Below are positions 1 to 17,947 of a DNA stretch of 64,000 nt, piece by piece. The stretch's first letter is position 1, and each line of letters opens with the position of its first letter. Source of the stretch: Phallusia mammillata. Taxonomy: Eukaryota. The notes below the pieces were generated by a model, which saw only the letters and a program-made list of their open reading frames with translations, ran no database searches and was not told where the DNA came from. The DNA is taken from contig OZ281500.1 in the NCBI GenBank assembly GCA_965637545.1, positions 4,526,001-4,590,000 on the forward strand, given 5' to 3'. Position numbers and translations under genes: made by a program.

Positions 1-220
1 ATTATGCGCTTTGTTTTGAAAAACATAATATTTGCAAAGAATTCCGAATCTTGTAGCCAAATTTCAGCAGCATGTATCTCATTAAAAATAAATTGCTAGA
101 AACCATTTCGGCTGTTTTTGAGTTATTTCTTTTTGTGCCCAATATACAGCACGTGGTGGGCTACGAATCGCTATTAAATAGACATTTGGGCCACAGACCA
201 AAAAAGTTTGGGAACCCCTG
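1..220 (-). mobile_element. hAT-type MITE, cut by the window edge; inverted copy of the 4591-4922 element
   Basis: Ends in gtttgggaacccctg, the reverse complement of the 4591 terminus caggggttcccaaac. Its interior matches the reverse complement of about 4591-4815. Confidence 0.85.
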
Positions 221-1468
221 AATTAAACAGAAGAAGACACTGTAGAATAAGGCCAGTATATTTCTTATTACGTTTAGTAAGCCCGTCAGGTATCCGTGTT
301 ACTCATCCCAGCACATACTTCGATGTTTTTTTCGAGACTGACCGGCCTTGGGCTCGTTTCGATCCATCATTGCTCGTAATGGAGCTTTTATAGAGGGCCA
401 TAAATCGCGGACATTCCCAACATGCATGGCATACCTAACATGCCTGTCCAGTAGCTTCCCATGCATTTATTTGTCAATGTTTGGCCAGTTGTCCAAATAC
501 CTCGAATGATAACAATTATGAGCGCACTTAGGTAAACAAAAAATTGGTATTTTGAATAATCATGCAAAATGTTGTCTTTTGTGATCGTGTTTCAACTCGA
601 TCAAACTTGGAGTACCGGTACAGGTCCCTGTGGCACCAATCCATTAATTACTCAAATTTGTCCTAACGCCACAAGGTTTTAAAATTTTACCATATTTGGG
701 CTGTAGCTCATTTTATCCGGATGTTTTTGTGTGTACGTTAAGATGTGAGATAACCAAACGAAACAGGACGCAGGTAAAGTGTATTGTCAACAAAACATCC
801 GTTGACGTTGCTGACAAAAACAGCGTACAAATCGATAAGTAACGAAACACAATATACATGATAAGATGCGAAAGACTTAACTTTCCCAGGATTAAATAAT
901 TTCAACCTTGCAAATTTGCAACCTTACCTGTAGTGATACAATGGATACGTCATATTAAAACTCATATTTTGTTACTATACGGCTTTGTTAATAGTTTGTT
1001 AATAGTAAAGTCAACGTAAGTTTGCTTTGTAAATAGTTTATTAACCAGTGGTATCTATTTTATCGCCATGTTCGCCATAATATTCATTTTTATACCAGGT
1101 TGTAAAGGTAAAAGTTTTTGTCGAAAAATTGCTCAAATTGTTTACCTGCATCATACAACACAAGTACAAGAGGTTATGTTTATTGCGACGTTGTTAAAAA
1201 GAATTAGCAATATCCGTGTGAAGTACATTGGTGTCTCCCCAAAACGAAAAGTTAAACTAATAAGTTTCATCCACAATAGAGACAACATAATGCCACAAAT
1301 TTGTTTGAATTCAACCTACTGGGGAGCATGCTTTTCCTGCATCTGCCAGATCTTTGTATCTGTCGAAAACCAAAAGTAAGTCAGTTGTCACACACACGTA
1401 GCCTAAATAGGCACCACATGTAGAAAGTTTGTATTTACAGCTATTGGTTTCATATATGCAACTTTAGC

Positions 1469-8001
<6,533 letters not shown>

Positions 8002-8869
8002 CTCCTTCAAACGTATTTCTGTACAGTTGTAAATTATGTTCTATGTTTGACACTTCTTTCAGCAAGTGTGGTTGTATTAGTAGCTGCCTATACTGCAAAC
8101 ACACTGACACATTGCTGCAAAAAGACAAAATGCACGTGAGATGGCCAGTACTACCAAAATTTTGCCTCAGGGGTTCCATGCTCTAAACTTTGACATATGA
8201 ATCATAGAAACCATGCGGCTGTGTTTACAAAAAAAATCGTTGTTTACTGTTATTCGCTCACAGACAAAAATAACAAAGCAACTTATTAACTAGTATCTTC
8301 AGCGTTCACAAAAGGAGAAATTACACCGCAGAATCAGCAATATGGATGAAATCCCTGCGGGAATATAGAAGGAAAAAATGGTTGATAGTAGTTTGATTGG
8401 GAAAAACAAAATCCCTAAACATTGATTTCACTTACTCGGGCCCTAGAGACAAAAGAAACTCACTCGGTGGTTATTAGCTGTGTGAGTTATTGAATGCTGA
8501 AGTTGAACACGATTTACACCAAATGTATCGATTGCATTGGTAAAAAATAAAATATATATAAATATAATATCAAAAAGAAAAAATATTGACAGCGTTTAAA
8601 AGTCATGACGAATTATTTGAATTCAAATTTTTTTATCGTTTTTTCCTAAACAGTTGCTTTACGAACACTTATCAAACCGATTTCCGAAAACAGTTTTGGC
8701 ACAGACTGTGTTTTCCATAACGTTTTCCTGGTTCGAAGCTCAGCCAAAGGTTTCTTGACGTTGACAGGCTTTGTTACGAAAATTAGGATTTTTTGTGGGA
8801 TTTTTTAATTACTTACTGGGTCATGCCTTGTTTAAAATCCAAACACTTTAACATCGACTGCTGTGTTTA

Positions 8870-9060
8870 CATCCAAACGAGGAATAAAAATAGATAATAC
8901 ACAATTGAGGGGTCGTGCGCTGCCAGGCAGAGTAGTGTACCAATGTGACATACTTCCGACATAAGGAACATATTTAGGAATGTGACAAATTGTTGGAGAA
9001 CAAGAAGCAAGCAAGCGCAACTTTCATTGGTAAACAATGCTTTGACATCCAAATCTAAAG
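8870..9060 (-). mobile_element. Possible degraded Penelope-like reverse transcriptase fragment
   Basis: Minus-strand translations give LDVKALFTN (similar to the PLE RT motif D-V-x-S/A-L-F-T-N) and, in another frame, HWYTTLPGSARPLN (similar to WY-K-P-T-x-S-G-R-x-L-N). The spacing is too short for an intact RT. Confidence 0.3.
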
Positions 9061-10135
9061 TATAAATGATTCACCTTATACTTCTCAACTATTTTATTGT
9101 AAACCACCACAAAAATTAAAAGATTTACAGAAAACATGCTTGAAAAAAATTTGACACAAAGTAAAAACAGCAATTGTTCTCAAAATTATAAAATACTACA
9201 TTAGAATGTCATTTTTTTGCGAAATATTGCAATAAAGAGATTGTTATTGAACATAGCGCATAGTCAAGGCTTTGGAGTGGATTACTTTGCAATTTTTTTT
9301 TTTAATTAAACTAATCCAACATCAATAAAGCTAGCACAATAATTTTGTTAGATTTTAAAAAGTCCTCTTATTTTGGTTAAATATATTTTGAGTTTCATCA
9401 GTGTACTTTTGGAATGGGCTTCTGGTTTGTAAATTAAAAAAATTTAAATGACACAAAACAAAAGTTTTTGTTCTATTTAACAATCTTTGTGTGGCAAGAA
9501 AACCAAGAATGGTAAGATAATGTAAAATTGTAAGCAATGTCATGATGCAGCAATCAATATTAAGCAATTCCAGTAATTAGTTCTGGCGGAAGGTGTTATC
9601 TCATGGTAAGAAAAAAGCTCTAAATAGGAAAAGGTAACAAGACATAGTAACATATATACAATTCAAAAATTGTTTGGTTCTTTGCATTGCAGATTGATTC
9701 AAGACACTTTAAACATCTAATTTTTAGTTCACTTAATTAAGGCTTTTTACAGAGCAAAGATATCAATGTTAACAAGCAGTGAAAGGCAATATACTGAAGA
9801 CACTTAACATAAGCAGTGAAGAATGGATATAAAACATGTCAAAAACGTTCATAGCAAAAATAATCGTATCAAAAGCAACTATTAGCAGGGTGAAGCATGC
9901 TCCTATCATCTTAAGTTGCTACTATTGGCCTACCTTTAATTGATAAAAATATATGGCTATTGTAAAACAAACTACAATGCCCACAATTGAGACAAATATT
10001 TAAAAATAATCAATCATTTACTTGTTTAAAACTGTGCTTCAAAACTTAGTATTTACAACTGTACTCAGAAAAGTAAGTTATTACAAACAAAAGGTTTATA
10101 GTGGGCATGTTTTATCACACAAACTGTTCATTTGT

Positions 10136-11830
10136 TTAATTGTACCCCTGAAAAGTGGCATTAAGGGGTAAATCTGGACAGATTGTTTCAAATTCTCCTT
10201 CAATATCTCCTACTCCACAGCGAAGTTCATGAACAAGCTCCACTATATTAATGCAAGGACCAATGTCCTGGGCCTCTTTTGATATCAGACGAAGTTTAGC
10301 ATTGTAACGCTGACCATTGCAAGCTTGTTGGTAATCTCCCTGTAATACAAAATTTTATAAAAAAAATTATCTGATGAGTGAAGATACTCGTGTCTACAAT
10401 TTGTGAACATAGCTGTTCAGCTATTTGCAAAATGGCAGAAACAGGGCTACATCAAAGAAATAGAGATAAGTTTTTCTTTATTTTTCCAACATTTGTTTGC
10501 TCTGCCCGATGCTACCGTTGGCTGATAATTATTTAGTCAGAAGGTATTTTTTTCTTTTACTCAAAATAGTAGGCCACAGTACATAAAAGTACAGCACCTT
10601 AATTTGATATTGTAAAACTTCATCTTCTTTAAATTTAACAGCAACACAAAAACCACCTGTTGATAGAAAAAAAACTTTTAGGACTGCCAGATTTAATTTT
10701 TATTATGTTACAAATGTGTTCACACCTTCAGAACAGAGGCTTTCACTAAAACGAACCAGAAAAGTCCCACATTTTTCTTTACAAAGGTATTCATTTGCTT
10801 TGTCATTTGTGATAAACCCGGCAAACCAGCTGTTAAGAATAATAACATTGAGAAATTTCAAAATATCACAATTTAAAAAAAAAACAGAACTTGTTTCACC
10901 TTACAAAAGATTTTCCTTGTTTAACACCACCTTTCCGCATAAGATTGTCAACCTAAATAAAACAATTTAACAAACTGATCTGTGCAACATAAAAGAAGTT
11001 TGTTACCTGCTGTAGGCAGTAACAGGTGTTTCCCATTTTTTTGAAAGAGCCAAACCATTTAGTAACAGCTATGAAACCATGAACTGATAAGAAACCTAAA
11101 AAATAAAACAACACATGTAAAAAGTAAATTTAAACCAAATTGAAGCAAAAATAGCAGTTTTAAAATATTTGTAACTTTTAAAAATATATTGATTGTTTAA
11201 CTGCAACAAACCTTCGTCAATAATATTTTTTTGATTAGGTCCTGCTAAAAATCGTTTTAATAGCTTCCACAATTGATCTTTCATGTTATAATCCTCCTTT
11301 AGCTTCTTTTTTAAACTTTCCAGCTCTTTTTGTGTCTATAAACGAGTAAAATGATATGCATGTATTACAAAATATATTTTTTGTCCTTTCATTACCCCAA
11401 TAGTAGCATTGCTTGGGTGCAACTGTGACCACAAATCTTGATCTTCTGAGCATAGAAAGCAGTTGCTTATTCCATAAGCATCTACATAAAAAATTGCGGT
11501 CACGTAACATTAAAATTAACTTGGACATGTGAATGTTTCTTGTCCAAATATTTGTTATGATGTGTTATGGTAGGATGAGTCACAGTTAAGTACTTGGTTA
11601 CATTCAGCTATCCAATGATACTTAGAATGTTCATTTTGATAAGGATGATATACATGTTTCATTCTCTATTGCCAGCTGAATTGGTTGTGCAAAACGTTTT
11701 ACGCCATATATATGCCATTGCTAATTTGCTATGATGATCCAACATTTTACTTACCTCTAACTGGTTCTGGCCGTGTTGAACTCGTTTCTTGTTCACCTGT
11801 ACTATCAATACGAGCCGATTGGTCTCCCAT
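10136..11830 (-). CDS. Stand-alone SH2-domain protein with a STAT/Shk-type linker (8 exons, about 264 aa)
   Basis: The exon chain is phase-consistent from ATG 11830 (MGDQSARID). SH2 core exon 10829-10726 reads WFAGFITNDKANEYLCKEKCGTFLVRFSES. The upstream linker contains FIAVTKWFG. The last exon ends NATFQGYN* at 10136. The donor of the penultimate exon (gtgctg) is weak. Confidence 0.85.
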
Positions 11831-12109
11831 AAGCTTGATTCTAATGTTCCAGATGACAAACTTGTTTCAAGTCAGAACAGGCCGAAATTGAGTTAAGTTT
11901 ATTTCGTTTTGTCAAACAAATCGTAGCAGAACACTTTGTTAGACGCTAAACTGTTTGACAGTAATAGCTCGTTTGAAAAGCACTACAAACTACTTCAACC
12001 GAAAGCGAAATCATCAAAATAAAAAGTTTCACCACATTTGCATTCAATATGAGAACAATAGCAAACGCAAAAAGTGTGTGTAAAAAAACGGAACGGAGCT
12101 ATTTTCTTT

Positions 12110-12435
12110 GGTAGAGCTACTAACACCATACGTTTCTCCTGATCCTAAAGTGCTTAATTTTCGACAGGTGGCGCAAAGAGCACTTTTTTCATTTAAAACG
12201 GTATATCTCAAAAAATGCTAACGGTTAGGGCTATTAGGGTTGGGGTAAGGTATTAGCACTTAAAATTCAATAAAACTAACCCAAAAAATTAGTTACTAAT
12301 GTAAAAATTTTATGTAAATATTTCCCAGCCCAACCCATTTATAGCCGCTAAATAAATAATTCAGCTCTTTACGCCACCTATCGAAAATTAAGCACTTTTG
12401 GATCAGGAGAAACGTATGGTGTTAGTAGCTCTACC
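12110..12435. mobile_element. MULE/Foldback-like MITE
   Basis: Near-perfect TIRs of about 70 bp (ggtagagctactaacaccatacgtttctcctgatcc...) and an exact 9-bp TSD attttcttt (12101-12109 and 12436-12444). Confidence 0.9.
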
Positions 12436-12536
12436 ATTTTCTTTTGTATTAACTGGTTTCCCCACAGGGAAATTCCCTATTTTCTCCTCTCGACTTTACT
12501 AAAGCAAACAATTGAACAAAATCAAGAACGTAATAA

Positions 12537-14065
12537 TGTCTGAATTTTCAAGTAAATGTGAATCAGTAACAAAACAAGACGCTACTTTACCAATCAATGT
12601 TACAAAAACCCATTCAAGTTAAATCAATGTGGGCATTGGGTGTATGTCTGCCTTGCACGTGATTTAGTGCTTCCTGCAGTTTACCAATAAGCTGATTAGG
12701 CGCGACGTGTGGGTTGGTGAATGTGAACAGGAACCGAAACCAACAACAGTACTGATTATTAGCGGGTGCTTCTTTGTTCTGCAGTACCGCATTACACATG
12801 AATTTACAATGCCACGCTTAACTGCATTTCTGTTCACGAATAACGGTGGTTTAATTGGGTTACCTAAAACAATGCGGTTTAAGCCCGCTTGGCGAATGCC
12901 AAGTCCGTACGCGCTAATTGTAATTTTCCACTTCTTCAAAAAATGCACACTGTTAGGGCTATTGGGGTTGGGGTGAGGGTTTGTAATTAAATAATAATGC
13001 AACTTCATCCCATATAGGCTACCCGGGCTTGGCGCAGACTTTACACGGGCATAGCGCTGGCTCAGTGTGGGCAAAGCGGGCTCGCAGGTTTAGATGGCAT
13101 CGGAAATATTGCGTTTTTCATACTATGTATCATTACCAGTTAAAACCGGTTGTGACCAACTATTACCTTGTTCCCCCAAAAATCAATACTTACTCCATAA
13201 CAAATACATTAAACCGTAACTTTGTCAATCTACGGTGCAATTAACCCATTCAAATGAAATCAACATGGACATTGGGTATAATTCCACCTTGCACGTGATT
13301 TAGCGCTTCCTGTAGTTTACCAATAAGTTAATGAGGCGCGACGTCTGGGTTGGTGCAGGTGAACAGGAACCGAAACCAACAACAGTACCGAGTATTAGCA
13401 GGTACTTGTTTGTTCTGCAGTACCGCATTACACATGATTTTACAATGCCACGCTTTACTGCATTTCTGTTCACGTATGACGGTGTTTTGGGATACCTCAA
13501 CAATGTGATTTTTGTGAAGTATATTTTTTCAATTGAAACCGATTGTGGCTGATTATTACCGTGTACCCCCCAAAAATGAAATACTTACTCAATAAACAAA
13601 TACATTAGATATGATGTCAGCAAACATATCTTAAATTTCTATCTGTACTACCTAGAAGACATTAAAAACAATTTGCAAAATGTCTAAATTTCCCAGTAAA
13701 TGTTTATTACCAACGAAACAAGACCCAACTTGTCAATCTATGGTGCAATTAACTCATTCAAATGAAATCAACATGGGCATTGATGGGTATAATTCTGACT
13801 TGCACGTGATTTAGTGCTTCCTGCAATTTGCCAGTAAGTAGATTAGGCGCGACGTGTGGGCTAGTGCAGGTGAACAGGAACCGAAACCAACGACGGTACA
13901 AGATTTTAAAATGCCACGCTTTACTGCATTTCTGTTAACGAATGACGGTATTTTGGGTTACCTCAACAAAATGATTTTTGTGCAGTGTATTATTTCAATT
14001 GAAACCGATTGTGATTATTATTACCTGATGTAAAAAATCAAACATTTACTCAATGAATAAATGTA
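12537..14065. repeat. Three diverged tandem copies of a roughly 500-bp element
   Basis: The anchor cacgtgatttag recurs at 12656, 13292 and 13803 (spacing 636 and 511). The copies share ggcgcgacgt, gtgaacaggaaccgaaaccaac and aatgccacgct. Copy 1 has an insertion of about 240 bp; copy 3 has an internal deletion. Confidence 0.9.
12876..13112. mobile_element. GC-rich insertion in repeat copy 1, probably a non-autonomous element
   Basis: Absent from copies 2 and 3. It carries ttagggctattggggttgggg, a motif shared with the interior of the 12110 MITE. Boundaries are approximate. Confidence 0.5.
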
Positions 14066-14797
14066 TTACTTACCATGTAAGCTACGTATCTATAATTTCT
14101 GTTTGTACTGGTATTGAAAACACGAAAGTAATGTTTGCTATTTTGTAATTAAGCAAACAATGAAATTGTTCTTTTATTCAATTAAGAAAGTGTTTGTACA
14201 ATTACTTTACGGTAATTGGTAAACAGAATACAACTAAAATATCTGCATAGAGTAATATAGGACAGCATTAACAAACAACAGATTTCAGCAGTTGTGATGC
14301 AACACAAAACGAAATAGTTTGAAATTTTGAGGGGCAATAAACTCATAATTTGTCATGCACCTCTCTATAAAAAACATGCAAATCTTTTACAGACTCTTTT
14401 AGTGTAGCAAAGTTTAATACATTTAAAAAATTTGGACTCAGATTCAGAAGAGTAAACTAATGGATAACAAAATACATGGTCCTATTCTGATTTTGTAACT
14501 TTCCGCAATATGTGACAATCAACATAAAACAATCTATTACTTCTTAGGTTCATTTTGGTTAAATAGGTTTTGGATTTCCACATGTATGCTCATGTGTTCT
14601 ACTTGCATATGTGATTAATGGAATTTGCACAATACAAAGACAAGTAGTTCAAAAGATAAAGAGTATAGACTTGCAAACACAATATAAATGAAACCCTTTC
14701 ATCTGAACTTCAAAATTCAAATAGTTCAGGAATTAAATCATCAAGGTGCACTATCTATACTGCTTATATCTATGCACAATGACCAGGCAAATGTAGT

Positions 14798-17590
14798 TTA
14801 GAGTTTGCTTGCAGCTCCTGTGTCCATTATCCAATGCAAAGAACCTGATGTTGGCTTTACTCGTGCAGCTGGTAGTAACTTAGTTTGATCATCCATTGGT
14901 GTAAAAATAGCCTAAAACAGGTAATTGTGTTGTGTAAAAATTGTAAACGGTTCACCAATCACTGTGGTTATCAACAGTGCAAAATTTTAGAAATAAATAT
15001 GATTTATTGATTTACTTTTATCGTATCTGCTTTGCCACTTCCTGCTGAGATAAATACAACTTTTCTGGCATTATTTATGACAGGATAAGTCATGGTCACA
15101 CGGCAAGGTGGAGGCTTTGGAGAATCTGATATGGGAGCAATCCACTTTTCTTTTTCCTACGTAATATGTGAAGTTAAATGTTTGTTTTTGTAAACAAACT
15201 TTTAAACAAAAGATTCAAAGTTTTATTACTGTATCCCAACAGCATGGACTCGTTTAAACTTTAAACTACTAAACTCCTATTTCCTACAAATATCTGTAGC
15301 ATGACCTAGCTATACAGTATCGGCAAAAAAAATCTTTACATTTGGTGGCAAAAAAAAACTTTACATGTAAATTTTGCATAAGTTCATAAGATCTAGTTAC
15401 CTCATAAGCTACTGTTTGGCTGCACTTCGCCGCAAAGTCATTGCACTGCGTACCCAGTGTTGCTTTACAGCTTCGTGATTAGTAAGGTCGGTGAAATCAC
15501 ACAATATTTTTTATTTTGCTAAAGTTTCGAGGTCTTGCAAAATTTTGTTCAAACACGAAAATGGGTCGAAAGAAGATGCAAATGGAAGAAAAACCTTATG
15601 CCTTGACTTTGTTAGAGAATGGAGATTCTGTGATTGCTGTAGCCAGAGATATTGGGGGTCTCAAAAGAGGCAATTTATCAATTAAAAGGTCAGCGGCATA
15701 CTTGCCACACGGGATGGTTCAGAAGAGAAAGTCAGGTTCTGGCGCACCTAAGAAGACTTCGCCAAGTACAGATAAGCTTTTGAAGTGTGAAGTAACCTCA
15801 TATCCATCTATAACCGCCGTTGAATTACAAAAACATGCACCCTGAGCTTCTCCACAACGTTTTAAACAGGACAATCGTCATCGATTTTAGAACGATCTTA
15901 AGCTACCATGTCGCCAGGCAGCAAAGAAGCCCATGCTCACTGCAGCAATCAAAGAATCTCCCTTCTTTAACAAAGTCAAGGCACAAGATTTTTCTTCGAT
16001 TTGCATCTTTTTTCGACCCATTTTAGTGCTTGAAATTTTTTTTGCAAGACCACGCAATTTTGGGAATATAAAAAATATTGTGTGATTTCACCCACCTTAC
16101 TAATCACGAAGCTGTAAAGCAACACTGGGTACGCAGTGCAATGACTTTGCGGTGAAGTGTAGCCAAACAGTAGCTTATGACATAACTAGAAGCGTTTTTG
16201 CAACAAAATGCTTTTGGCGGAAACAGTAAGCTAAGAACTTATGCAAAATTTACATGTAAAGTTTTTTTTTGCCGACCGAATGTAAAGATTTTTTTTGCCG
16301 GCACTGTATATAGGATTGACTTGATCTGCAGACAGTTTGCCGACTATAAATGCTAGTAACCTGCAATAACTGATGGCCAGGAAATAGGGAACAAGTGTGT
16401 CCGTCAGGGCCCATGCCAAGCAATAGTAGATCAAACTCAGGCCATGAGCCAGTAAAAGTCTTTTTCAGTTTCTCCTCATAGTCTTTTGCACATTCGACCA
16501 CTGGCAGTTCAGGATTGATCGCTACCCAGGAATCATGACATCCAACCTTGTCAATTAGTTTTGACTGAAACAAAGGAAATTAATCATGTAAACTATAACC
16601 CAGGAAACTAGTTTGATTAATCACAACATCCAACATAATACTTGGTCATTTTTTTTCATTAAATCAGTGTTTTGATATTTTTTTGTGTTTTATCTGTTTC
16701 TTATACTTTCTCATTTTAAGCTTGTTGTGAAACAAACTGCATTTTCAATTAGTTGCCCTGGAAAACTTTTGCACACCATAGCAGCTTCCTAATTCTGATG
16801 AGATTTTTGTATTGCTGGGTGACCCGTTTTCAGACTGCTTTGCCCACCAGTAGATAAACACTTTAGTATGTGATATTGTCAGGCATTAAATGAACTTAAC
16901 GACAGTTACATGATGAGGAATGCTTACCTTAAACTGACCATATGTGCTGTCTTCACTTGAAAAGGAAGAAAGTCGTTCATCACAAAAGAACACTTTCCAT
17001 TTAGTCCATTCAACATCAGGGTTTCCAGCCAAATTGGACGCAAGTATATTGATTATGCTTCCACCAGAAACACCTGCAAATTAACACATGACTTTTGTTA
17101 TTACCTGTTTGCTACAGGGCTGATCAATGGTTACACAGTCATTAAATCAGCAAAGTTGCTAATTTATATTAAATATAAAAATTAAAATTTTTCAACGCAT
17201 CTAGCTGGTATATTGTTACTAGTGAAAAATGCTATTTTACTTGGTGGTAATCATAGAAACACAGTGGCATTAAACCACTAAAATAACAAATGGTGATGTT
17301 TTGGTACTGCAAAATCACCAAACTAATCTTAATAAATTCAAGCATGGGACATATTTAACAAATATGCACTACTGGGAGATTCCAGCTTTAAGTTTCAATT
17401 ACGAGTATGCACTATTAATAACAAAGGTACAAACACTTCATTTTAAAATGCAAAAATTGTGGTAAACTTTAAACATACCAAGGGTAAAAATTCCTCTTTC
17501 ATTGATGGCTTCAACAGCAGTGTCAACAACAAATTTAGCAGAAAACGTTGATACTTCATCAACAGAGCTGAGGATGTGCTTTTGCGCCAT
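14798..17590 (-). CDS. PGLS: 6-phosphogluconolactonase
   Basis: Five exons: MAQKHILSS...RGIFTLG / VSGGS...KVFFCDER / [21 protein letters not shown] / [22 protein letters not shown] / [25 protein letters not shown]. These are diagnostic PGLS motifs. Confidence 0.96.
15315..16306 (+). mobile_element. Internally deleted Tc1/mariner element in a PGLS intron
   Basis: TA TSD, termini cagt...actg and long inverted repeats of more than 150 bp. The interior encodes a frameshifted Tc1 N-terminus (MGRKK...[10 protein letters not shown]...[12 protein letters not shown]...KKPMLTAA) with no DDE domain. Confidence 0.9.
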
Positions 17591-17947
17591 AACTGCCTTT
17601 AGTCTAGCTACGTATTAATAGACCTAGTTAACAATCAACCTAAAAAGGGAAACAATTGTTCACAATCAAATCAGTATTTTGACAAGCAATGTAAACAGGA
17701 AAAAGTCAAATGGCAATGCTATAACAAAGGGCAGTGTAACAACTTTCACACAAAACAATCATCTGCAAATGGCAAAATGTGATTTTTGTTTGCATCAAAA
17801 ATACTAACATTAACATCAGCCAAAACAAATATTAAATGCACCAAAACAAAAATTTTCATTTTTTACGCAACATTATGCATTATGTAAATGACAATGTAAC
17901 ATTTTGTTGTTAACTAATATCCAAATACATGGTCATGTGATATACTG

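Noticed and set aside
275-365. Faint resemblance to reverse-complement 5S rRNA (ggtatcc...ctcatcccagcac...tgaccggcc)
   Set aside because: Too short and interrupted to call a 5S gene or SINE3 without an alignment search.
12664-13552. ORFs of 67-136 aa on both strands of the triplicated repeat
   Set aside because: Open on both strands, no recognisable domain, start and stop not conserved, and broken in copy 3; treated as non-coding.
13175-13600. ATACTTAC motifs suggesting U1 snRNA, or an SL RNA on the opposite strand
   Set aside because: The sequence after ATACTTAC does not match U1, and the putative leader/donor does not resemble the tunicate SL sequences I recall.
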